Positions 1 to 10,351 of a DNA stretch of 53,177 bases are shown piece by piece. Made by a program: the position numbers and the translations under genes. The notes below the pieces were generated by a model. It made no database searches and was not told the DNA's origin. It saw only the letters and a list, made by a program, of their open reading frames with translations. Within the stretch, counting starts at the first letter, position 1, and each line of letters begins with the position of its first letter. Source of the stretch: Rhizaria sp. SCN 62-66 (Eukaryota); the NCBI GenBank assembly GCA_001724265.1, contig MEDY01000055.1:124001-177177 (forward strand), read 5' to 3'.

Positions 1-1228
1 CGCTGTCGGTCAGAACAGGCGCAGGCTTAAGAACTTCGCTGAACGGCCCGTGCGTCCTCTTACCGGTGCCGCGGTTGGCCTTATCAACGTTCTCTTTGTC
101 CCCCGTGTTGCCCTCGCCGTGGGCTTCCCCTTCGTCTTCGTCGGTAGCGGGGCTGTGCGCCAGGAGCTGGCTCACCCACTCAGTGCGCTTTGCTAAGCCC
201 TCCTCGTCCGCAGCGGCACCTTCTTCGCTCTCTGCCTTTGCAGCAGCAACGTGAGCGCCACTGCGCTCGGTAGATGTGGGAGGAAGCTGACTTGAAGCGG
301 CCTTGTCACCGCTAGCCTGCTGCCCACGCATGTGCGCCTTGCGCCCGCCCGCGCCGCCGCCGTGCCTGCCGTGCGCAGCAGCAGTGGCAGCGGAGGCGGC
401 GGCGCTGACAGCAACGCCAGTAACTGTGCTCTGCATCGGCACAGGCGCAGGGCCGTGCGCAATAAAGTGGTCTAACTCGGCACGGCGCTCCTGGGTAGCG
501 ATAAGCAAAACAATAACGAGGTGAGAATCAAAGGAGCCCGAATGTGAGATGTGACTGTGATTTATCATAGACAACTGCAAACTCGATCATAGACAACTGC
601 AAACTCGAATCTCAAGTTCGCTGCTTTGTAAGTGAATATACAAATAAAAACATACCTCAGTCTCAACCTTTTCGAGCTTGGCAAGCCGCTCACTGGGACA
701 CAGCAGCCAGTACTCGTTATCGTTCTTCTTCGCCCTCACCTCGTCGTGGATGAAGCGACAGCGCGTCCCGAACCGGCACATGCGTGCGAGGTGGTAATTC
801 TGGCACAGCTCCGTCTTGTACCGCGGGCCAAACACGCGCGGGCGGATTTCTTCCACGCCGTGCGCGTAGTGGCATGCGTCGCCGAAGGGGCAGTGCGCGA
901 GGTCGCGGAAGAGCGTGCACATCTCCGTCTTGTACGTTTCCACCACGGCCGGCGGCAGCGACGGGTGCGCGGCGCGCGCCAGTGCGGCGGGGCTAGGCTG
1001 CGGGGCAATGCCCGCGGGGCCGGCGCCGCTGGCTGCAGCGGCGGTGTCGGGGCCGCTGTGGTACGGCGGGGACTGCTCGTGGGTACCGTACCCGTGCCCG
1101 TAGGGCTGGTTCTGAGAGAACTCTTGACGTTGGGCGTGAGGCTGACCGTGACCGGAGGCAGAAAGCAGTGCAGCGTCAGGGCCGCCAAGTGGGGCCTGAT
1201 TGGACGTTGATGCAATCTGGCTGCTCAT
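1..1228 (-). CDS. Tandem CCCH zinc-finger RNA-binding protein (TIS11/tristetraprolin-like), 3'-truncated by the window; exons 1228-656 and 490-<1
   Basis: Two CX8CX5CX3H fingers, each with a YKTEL/YKTEM lead-in (YKTEMCTLFRDLAHCPFGDACHYAH; YKTELCQNYHLARMCRFGTRCRFIH). Intron 655-491 (GTATGT...CAG, phase 0) joins a frame that stays open to the window edge. Confidence 0.88.
564..607. repeat. Exact 22-bp tandem duplication inside an intron
   Basis: ATCATAGACAACTGCAAACTCG twice (564-585, 586-607). Confidence 0.95.
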
Positions 1229-2318
1229 GGCGTCGGCTTCAAAGCAGCAACGCGCAGCTGAGCAGAACAGAGTCTAGCGACTCTTGGAGCTAGGTGACGA
1301 TTGTCTCTCCGCTGAGGGATAGAACAAGCGCGGTTGTGGGGGAAGCGAAATAAAGAGTGAAGTTCTGAAACTGAATGTCTGAGACGGTGTCACACAAAGT
1401 ATATCGTGATTGAGAATGAATGTGTGAGATCGGGCAAAGAGGGTCTTGGTCGAGGTCAGGGTCAGCACGGCCGAATCATGAAGATATGCCATAGTTAATC
1501 ATTGGTCAGTCCAAATATGAGCAAAAGAAGAGTAATAATACAACTTAAACAAAGTTATATAGGATATAGTATGCTTATATATGAGGTCTAGGCCTCGATC
1601 TTGCAGTATTATTTCGGCAACAACTTGAAGACCTGCGAGATCAGGCCTGAAAAAAATGAGTAGGTATATCGTAGAAACAATCACTCTGGAAGCTGTTCGC
1701 ATAATGCCACAGCTGATATGCTCATAAATAACTTGAATTGCATGATATCACTGCTATTCCCCCTCAATAACCCCAGAACCAATGTCATTTCTTGAGGTTT
1801 GGCTCACGGCGCAGCACGCAACGGCAACAACTTGGTCCGTCCAGTCGGACGGCCGCAGTGGGGTTCGCAAAAATTTGACGGTCGAAGCGAGTCGCTCGGC
1901 CAAATCGGCGAAGGTCAGCTTCGGCACGGTTTGGCGAGTTCAATATACAGCTTGATGGTGTGGATGTGATGTTATTATCAGATATGGATGTTTTTTTATT
2001 TCCGCATATCCGTACTGATGTGCATGAACGGTTTCCTGGGTCTGTAAGATGCCTTCCGATAGGTCAGATGAAGTCGCACATCGACGACCTCTCATCTGCG
2101 CTCCACCTGCCTGCCACGCCTATATACTCATCCCACCTCATTCAACGCGTGTTCTCCCATGTTTACTCAAGTCTAGGCCTTGCAACCAGCGTTGTCCGGT
2201 CCCCCCTCTGCTCTTTTTAGTTCCAGCATCCCGCTGAAACGTCTCTGAAGGCCGTCGAAAGTCCACACGCTCTCGCGTCCGCTTCCTCTCTTCCAGCCTC
2301 CAGCTCGCCGCGCTCGTG

Positions 2319-4570
2319 ATGTTCCGCAAGCTCTCCACAGTGGCCGTGCGCGCCGTCGCGCGCTCTACCCCTGCCGTGACCTCCGCCGTCGCCGCCGTCG
2401 CCGCCGTCGCTCCCCGCACTGCTGTCGTCGCCGCCGCCCCTCGCCGCGCCGCATCCTCGACCTCCGCTGTCGGCTTCACTGCCGCTCCCGCCGTCGCGCC
2501 CCGTCGTCCCGTTACTGCGTCCAGCTGCGCCGTCGTGGCTTCCACCCCGCGGGCCGCGTTCTCGAGCTGCTCCCGCGGCCTGTCGTCGCCACCCCCGTCT
2601 GTGTCGCCGCTGGGCTTGCCCGCTCTGTCGCCGACGATGGAGTCCGGCGGCATCGCCAAGTGGCACAAGGCTGAGGGCGACAAGATCAGCCCCGGCGACC
2701 TGATCTGCGAGATCGAGACGGACAAGGCCGTTGTCGGCTTCGAGGCCCAGGAGGAGGGCTTCCTGGCCGCGATCGTCGTCCCCGCCGGCACCGGCAACCT
2801 CCCGGTCGGCACCACGCTTGGCCTCACCGTCGAGGAGGAGGCCGACATCGCTGACGCCAAGGCCTACGCCGCCTCCCTTACCCCCGGCGCCGCCGCCCCC
2901 GCCGCTGCTGCCCCTAAGGCCGCCGCCCCTGCTGCTGCCGCCCCCGCCGCTGCCCCTGCCCCCGCTGCCGCCCCTGCTGTCGCGGCTCCGTCGCGCCCGT
3001 CGTCGGTGTCGCCGCTGGGCTTGCCCGCTCTGTCGCCCACCATGGAGTCGGGCGGGCTGGCTAAGTGGCACAAGAACGTCGGTGACAAGATCAACCCCGG
3101 AGAGCTCATCTGCGAGATCGAGACCGACAAGGCCGTGGTCGGTTTCGAGGCCCAGGAGGAGGGCTACCTCGCCGCCATCCTCATTCAGGTACGCTCTTGC
3201 GCATATATCTCGCCATAACAATATTATATCGCGAATTTATTCCACAATAATCCTAATTTCGCTATTGTTGAGTATAATCCATTAATTTACTTCAAAATAC
3301 TCACATCTTAGCGTTGACCCATCTCCCCGTCTTTAATCGCAACCAACAGGCCGGCACCAGCAACCTCCCCGTCGGCGCTACCCTCGGCCTCACCGTCGAG
3401 GAGGAGTCCGACATTCCCGCTGCCAAGGCCTACGCCGCTTCCCTTGCCTCCGCTGGCACTGCTTCTGCCGCCGCCCCCTCTGCCGCCGCCGCCGCCCCTG
3501 CCGCCGCCGCTGCTGCTGCTGCCCCCGCCGCCGCCGCCGCTGCCGGCGCAAGCGCTGGCTACAGCCACCGGCTGCCGTTCACGCCGGCCGTGGCGCACAT
3601 GCTGGCGACGCTGCACCTTGACCCCGCCTCAATTGCGCCCACGGGCCCCAAGGGCCGCCTGCTCAAGGGCGACGTCATCCTCGCCGTCGAGAACAAGACG
3701 GCGCGCGCCCTGTCAGCCTCCTCCTCTGTCGCTGCTGCTGCCCCCGCTGCGGCCAAGCGCGCTGCCGCCGCCGCCGCTGCGCCCGCCGCGGCCCCGTCGC
3801 TGCCCGGCATGTCGGCGCGCCGCCGCGCCGCCCGCACCCACACCGACGTGCCGCTCTCGACGCCCGCCGTGTCCGCCGCCGCCTCCGCGCAGACGGCCGC
3901 GAAGCTCGCCGTGCCGCACCTGTATCTGCAGGCGCAGGTGCCCTCGGCCGCCCTGCACGCCTTCTGCGCCGCCGCGGGCGTCACCGTCGAGTCGTTCGTC
4001 ACCCGCGCCGCCGCCGCCGCGCTCGAGGCCGTCGCCCCCGCCGCCACCGCCCTCGTCTCGCTCCCCGCCAGTGCTGCTGCTGCTGCTGAGGCCGTGGACG
4101 GCGGCGCGGGCCGGCTGGCCGTGCCCGTGGCGTCCGCCGCGACGGCGCCGCTGGCCGGCATCGCCGCCGCGCTGGCCGCGCGCCGCGGCGAACAGCTGCG
4201 CGCGACCGGCGGCGCCTCGGCCGTGGCCGGCGGCGCGCCCGTGGTGGCCGTGACCGTGCTGGCCGCCAGCGGGTCCACCAGCGCCGTCTCGTTCGGCTCG
4301 GACATCCTGCCCGCGGGCGCCGTCGCGGCCGTGACCGTGGGCGCGCAGGACGCCGGCGCCATTCGCGCGCACGGCGGCATGGTCGTCGACGTCGACGCCG
4401 CGGCCGACGGGGCCTTCGCGGCCGCGGCGGACCTGAGCCAGGCCAAGGTTGTGGCGACCACGATGCTGTCGCTGACCGTCGACGCTAGTGTTGTTGACGA
4501 GGTGGCCGCCGCCAAGGCGCTGCAGCGCATGGCCGCGATGGTGCAGAACCCCGTCATGATGCTCGTGTAA
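2319..4570 (+). CDS. PDHX: Pyruvate dehydrogenase E3-binding protein (protein X)-like / inactive E2 paralogue; exons 2319-3188 and 3350-4570
   Basis: Arg/Ala/Ser-rich mitochondrial presequence; two lipoyl domains (LPALSPTMESG...EIETDKA); peripheral subunit-binding domain (TGPKGRLLKGDV). C-terminal LSLTVDASVVDE lacks the catalytic His of the E2 DHRxxDG motif. Phase-0 intron GTACGC...CAG. Confidence 0.8.
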
Positions 4571-5191
4571 ATGGACAGGCAACGCAAAATCAGAAGAAAC
4601 AAACAACTGTCTTTAAAATGATCTCTTTTCAGAGTCGCAACAACCAAGTGTGGCTTGAGGAGTATCAGCTGTGAAGATGAGAATGTGACGGACTTCAAGG
4701 GTCGGGTATTTAAATGTAGGATGCTTATTGTATTAATATGGTGCTAGAGTAATTGAAGGTGATATGCCTCCTTGAACAACTTGAGTCTCAATGCCGGTGC
4801 AAAGTGTATAATCAACGTTGATGTTGGCGGCAAGTGAGAGGCTTTTCTTGTTAGTGGAGGTAATAGGACGTGATATGCGAGTATGTATGGACGTATAAAG
4901 GTGTATATGTAAAGATTAGTGTATAATACACATAATATTATAGTCACAAGACCACTGGACATTGTCTTAAATTGCTACATCCCTACATATGAAATTATGC
5001 GATTGTTGCTAATCGAACCGTTTTTCGATATGCTGAAGGTAATCGGATTTGTTTAAAGTAGTCTGAGCTCCAATATCCGTTAATGATTATATCGCGATAT
5101 GTTCTGGTAAATCCATTATTTCTTTTATTAGCTCATTTAATTAAATTCTCACACTAAGTAATCTACCCCCGGCTTTGTCTTGCTTTTAGAT

Positions 5192-8100
5192 ATGTCTTCG
5201 GCGGACCCTGATAACGACGGCGAGACCGCTCCCCAGGCTCTCATTGAGGGCCTTCTCTTCCGCACAGCCGCCACAGATGGCGCCGACGCGAATGAGCACG
5301 CGTTGTCCGAATCGGCGCGGCGCAACCGCCGGCAGACGATGGCCGCGTTCGTGGCCGAGGCCGAGAGCATGGGGCCCTACCCGGAGATCTTCGTGCGCCG
5401 CAACTCCAATGCCGGACTCACGCGTCCCACGCCGCCGCTGCCGACGCCGTCGCACCAGGCGGGCGCCGGCCGTGGCGGCGACGGCTTGCGCTCGCAGTTC
5501 CAGGTTGCGACCTCGTCTGCGCGCGACCGCAACGATTACTCGAAGCACAGCACGCTCGCCGACGCCGACGTCGATGGCGACGTGAGCGTCCGCAACCGCT
5601 ACACGACGCGCGACGACGACTTCGAGGACGCGGCGGCCGCCGGCAGCGGCAGGCACGGCGGGCGCGTGCTCTCAGCGCGCCGCGCGGCCGCCGCGGACTC
5701 CTGCGACAACGGTTTAACTCCGAGCTCGAGCTCCAGCTCCAGCGCCAATGCCAGCGCCGGTGTGAGCGCGGGTGTGAGCGCCAACGCGAGCCGGATGGGC
5801 ACGGGGGCGCAGGGCTCAGTTGCGCCGTCCCCGCGCAACAACGGCGGCGACGGCGGTACCGACAACGACGCGAGCGGTGCTGCGACAGCGAACTCAAGTG
5901 GCGGGAATGCTAGTACCCCCTCAGACTGGGCTGGAGCGCCGACGGCCACGGGGCAGTCATCGTCGTCCTCATCATCATCCTCTCGCAACCACGGCAACAG
6001 GGCGGCGGCGGCCGCGGACCCCGCCTCCGCCGACCCCACCGGCAGCACCGTCAGCGCCAGCGCCAGCGCCGACGCTGGGACCGGGGCCAGCAGCAACACC
6101 ACGGGCGAATCGTCGTACATCGTCTCGATCATCGGGCTGCTCAACGCGCTCCGTGGCTGCGCCGTGTGCCCGCCGCTGTCGCACCTCTTCGCTACACTCC
6201 GGGTTGACCAGCGCACGTGGCGGCTGCTCGCGCGCGCGCCCTGTCCCGACGCCATGGCCGCGGCCGAGCTGGCCCGTCTGCGCGAGGCCCTCTTCGAGCT
6301 AGTCAAGAAGCTAAGCCGACACGCGGAGGAAGAGAAGATTACCACGGCGCTGTCGCGGTCGCGTGCGCTGGCGGAGGAGGCGGCGTACGCGGCGAAGCTG
6401 CTGAAGCGCGTGCAGGCGCTGCGCGTGGTGCTGGGGACGCGCGTCGGCGGCAGCGTCGAGAAGCTTAAGGCCGCGGCGGGGCGGCGCGGGGCCGAGGCGG
6501 CGCCAGTGCTTATGAAGGCTGTATACAAGGCCGCCATGGTTGCTGTCGTTGAGGCGGACGTTGCGGCGGCCGGAGAGGCGCGCGCGCGGGAGCTGGAGGT
6601 CGGGCGCGAGCGAATGGCCAGGAAGCAGGCGCGCCGGGAGCGCAGGATGCGCAAGAAGCAAATCAAAAAGGAAGTACGTCGCAGCACTACTGTGCTTTGT
6701 GTATTAATTATGGGAACTTAATGGTGTGTAGTGTATTCTGCTTTAAGTTGCTTCTCTTTATCTTGCTCCATATCTCACGATTATCAACTTGTCTTTGCTC
6801 TCAACTTGAACTAGGACTCTGCGCGGCGCAAGCTCGCGAAGCGCGCGAGTGCGGCCGACGACGTCCCCTCCTCCGACGACTCGGACTCGCTGCTCTTTGG
6901 CAACGGCGACGGCAACGACGTTTCTTCCTCTTCAGAAGAGTCTGCGTCCTCCGGTGACGAAAACAGTCACGACGGCAACAACAGCAAGAATGCTGAGCGC
7001 AAGAGCAACGGTGATTCCGCCGCTAACGCTGCTGTTGTTGCTGCTGCTCCAGCGCCTCCGGTCAAGTCTATTCCGCTCGACGCAGTGGCGCTGTCGATCA
7101 CACCCGCGATGCTTCGCCGCGCGCGCGTCCGCGCTCGCCGCTGGCTATCCTACGGCCCCCTCGGCACGCCCTCCGCCTCCGCGCTCGCGCTCGCAGCCGC
7201 GGCCTCCGTCTCTGCGGGCACCTCCGCCGCCGCCACAGCGGCCGCCGCGGCGCGCGCGGCCCCGTGGCGTAGCGCGTTGCCCGAGGGCGAGTGCGACAGC
7301 GAGGAACTGAGCGAGAACGAATGCGGCGTCTCGGAGGGGCACGTTGTCAACGCAGGCAGCATCCACAACCAGGCGCAGCGCGTGTGGAAGCTAAGCCGCT
7401 TCGGCGTCTCCGTCGGTGAACTCACTGGTGGCGCGGCCGCAAGCGCCGCAAACACAAGCAGCGGCGGCAGCAGCACGAGCTCCGGCGCGTCGCTGGTGGC
7501 TGGCATCATCAGCAGCGCGGCCGGGGACGACGACGGCGGCGACGCACTGTCTCTGAACCTCACCGCGGCCGGGCTTCCGCCGCCCGCCGCGACGGTCAAC
7601 GCGCGCGCCGCGGCCGCCGCGGCCGCGAGCCGCGCGGGCGTCGAGGGCGACGGCGGGGACTGGGCCGGGGTCTCCTGGGAGGCGGCCGAGGGCGCGCGCC
7701 GGCTGCAATGGGGCTGCCCGGGCTTCACCGACGGCGACGACAACTGGATCCCCGGCTTCCTTTTCAAGCGCGGGCTCGGCGACTGGACGCAGAGCGACCT
7801 GGGCGACAGTCTGATCGCGCTGGCGCTGGCCGCCAAGCGCGAGTACGACGGTGAGATGGCCGCCAAGGAGGAGGCGCGTAGGCGCAAGGCGCAGCAGACA
7901 GCCGCCGTGGCCGAGGCCGAGGCCGCGGCCGCTGACGTAGCGGCCGCGATGGCGGCAGCGAACGGCAGCGCGAACGCCAACAGCAGTGCTAAAAAGGCGA
8001 ATGGTGCTGCTGCGAGCAGCCACGGCGACAGTGCTGAAGCCGTGGCCGCTGCGGCCGCGACAGCTCTCGCCCGCAACTTCGCCCTGAGTTCGAGCAGCAG

Positions 8101-9851
8101 CAGCAGAAGCAGCGGCGGCGTGGCCAGCGCGAGCGGCAGCGCGTTCGAGGGCGTGTGGGAGCGCCTGCTGTCGTACCACACGACGGCGGTGACGATGTGG
8201 CGCGAGCCCAACGTGTGGATGCTGCGCTCGCTGCGCCGCCGGCTCGGCACGCTCATCTACGCCTGCAAACTGGCCGAGGAGGCCGTGGCGGGCTATCTCG
8301 CCGTCGCGCTCGTCGACACCACTGCGCTCACGCTCGCGGCCCTGCTTGGCGACGCGCAGGGCCAGCTCACCGCCACGCGCGGCCTGACTAAGATCGGCGC
8401 GCACTGGGTCCGCGCGGGGCTGCCGCTGCTCGCGCAGCTGCTCTCGGTGGAGCCGACCGTGTTCCCGCAGAACGTCCTGCGCGTGTCGTTTGCGGGGATC
8501 GAGTCGGGCCCGCACTGGGCGCCCGCGCGGCAGCTGGTGCGGCAGGTCGCCGTGCTGCGCGACCTGCTCGCGGCCGTTGACGTGCACGTGCTGCCCCGCG
8601 GCATCCAGGCGCACTCGGGCGCCGTCAAGGCCAGCGGGCCCGCGGCGCTGTCAGCGTCATACGTGCTCACGGGCGGGCAGGACGGTGCGCTGCGCGTCTG
8701 GAACCTCCCGCGCGCCGAGTGCGTCGCGCAGCTCATCGGACACACGTCGGGCGTGTCGTGGTGCGCGCTCACCGAGGTGGACGCCACCGTCATCTCCACC
8801 TCGCTTGACGGCACGGTCAAGCTGTGGGAGGCCAAGACGGGCGCGTGCCTGGCCACGCTGGCCGACCACGGCGACGGCATTCTGTGCGCAGACATCAGCG
8901 CCAACGGCCGCTACCTCGTCACCGGCTCCATGGACTGCACGCTGCGTCTCTGGGGCGTGTCGCAGTCAGGGCAGACCTGTCTGCGCGTGTACGAGGGCCA
9001 CCAGCACTGGGTTACCGCTGTGCGCTTTACCGCCGACGGCGCCAGCATTGTCTCGTGTGGGCTCGACAAGCAGATCTTCGTCTGGCCGTTCAAGACAAAC
9101 ATTGGCGCCTCCTCCGCGGCGGGCAGCAAGGCTGGCAAATCGGCGGCCGGCTCGGCTGCTGCGGCAGCGGCCAACGCAGGCGGGCCGTTGCAGGCCAACG
9201 ACCTGCACAGGGACTTTGTGTCTTATTTGTTGCCGTTGGGAGGCTCGAAGATGCTGTCTGTGGCGCGCGACCAAACCGCCAAGATGTGGTGCACGCAGAC
9301 GGGACAGGTGGTACGTAATTCTTCGAACATGGTCGTATCATAAGACTCCGAGCACACTCCTGATTTATCTGTTCTCAAAATGCATAGATCTGACTTAATT
9401 TGTTAATTGTTATTTTGACTCTTTCTCCGTTCGTTCGATGCTTAGGAGGGAACACTGCCCAATCCTAACAGCCAAACTGTGTCTGCTGCGGCAATCAGTC
9501 CGAATCGCAAGCTCATCGCACTTGGAATGGTCGACTACACAGTGGTACGTCAACTCTCATTTTTGAACTTATTTCACTCCTCTTTCGTTGACCTTGCACG
9601 CAACCTCTCTGTTTTCCTTCTCGTGTGTACGTCAACACTTCATATCCTGCAATCTCACTTCACACTCGCTCTCTTTCTTTTGTATTGTCTTCCATGTATC
9701 GACGCAACAGACTATCTACGACTCGGCCACCGGCTCCCCGCTGCGCCACCTTAAGGTGCACTGCGAAGGCATCTCGCACATGCGCTTCACGACCAACAAG
9801 TCTCTGCTTGTCGGCACCACCGACGGACGGATCCTCACGCTTGAACTTTAA
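5192..9851 (+). CDS. Large WD40-repeat protein (about 1405 aa) with a long low-complexity/helical N-terminus; exons 5192-6673, 6815-9310, 9446-9544, 9711-9851
   Basis: C-terminal GH...WD-type repeats (LTGGQDGALRVWN, GHTSGVSWC...SLDGTVKLWE, TGSMDCTLRLW, GHQHWVTAVRF). Three phase-0 GTACGT...AG introns keep the frame to TAA. Confidence 0.8.
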
Positions 9852-10351
9852 CGATGCTGGCTTTAAGTTGCTCAGTTTCGCTGGAAGGGCGCCTGTGCAG
9901 CAATATATTTTACCTGCCTTCATGCGAACACAGTTCCCATCGTGCGTTATGTACAAATGCTGCGCACACTTTTGACTATCTAGCAATACATGGGGTTTTT
10001 TTGCATGGCGCTGGATTAAATCGAGTCAACACGTCATGTGGTGGCCAGGTGGTAGTGAGTTAAAGCACCGCGGCATCAAGAAGGAGGGGTTAGATTTGGT
10101 TAGATTTAAGTTCATGGGCAACTTTATTATATCTTCGAAAAGAATCAAACTTACAGCTTTTATCCCCACGCTAACCGTGATGATACAACATAAAACAGCA
10201 AGAAGGATAGTTTGACTGTTGCAGCTTACAACATCAACTCTCCCCAAAATGAAAATACAAACCTAAAAACAAATGAAAGACGTATCAAACAGAAGAATTC
10301 ACGACATGCAAGAGACACGCACAATTGGCGTTTAGACTGCGTCCACAGCAC

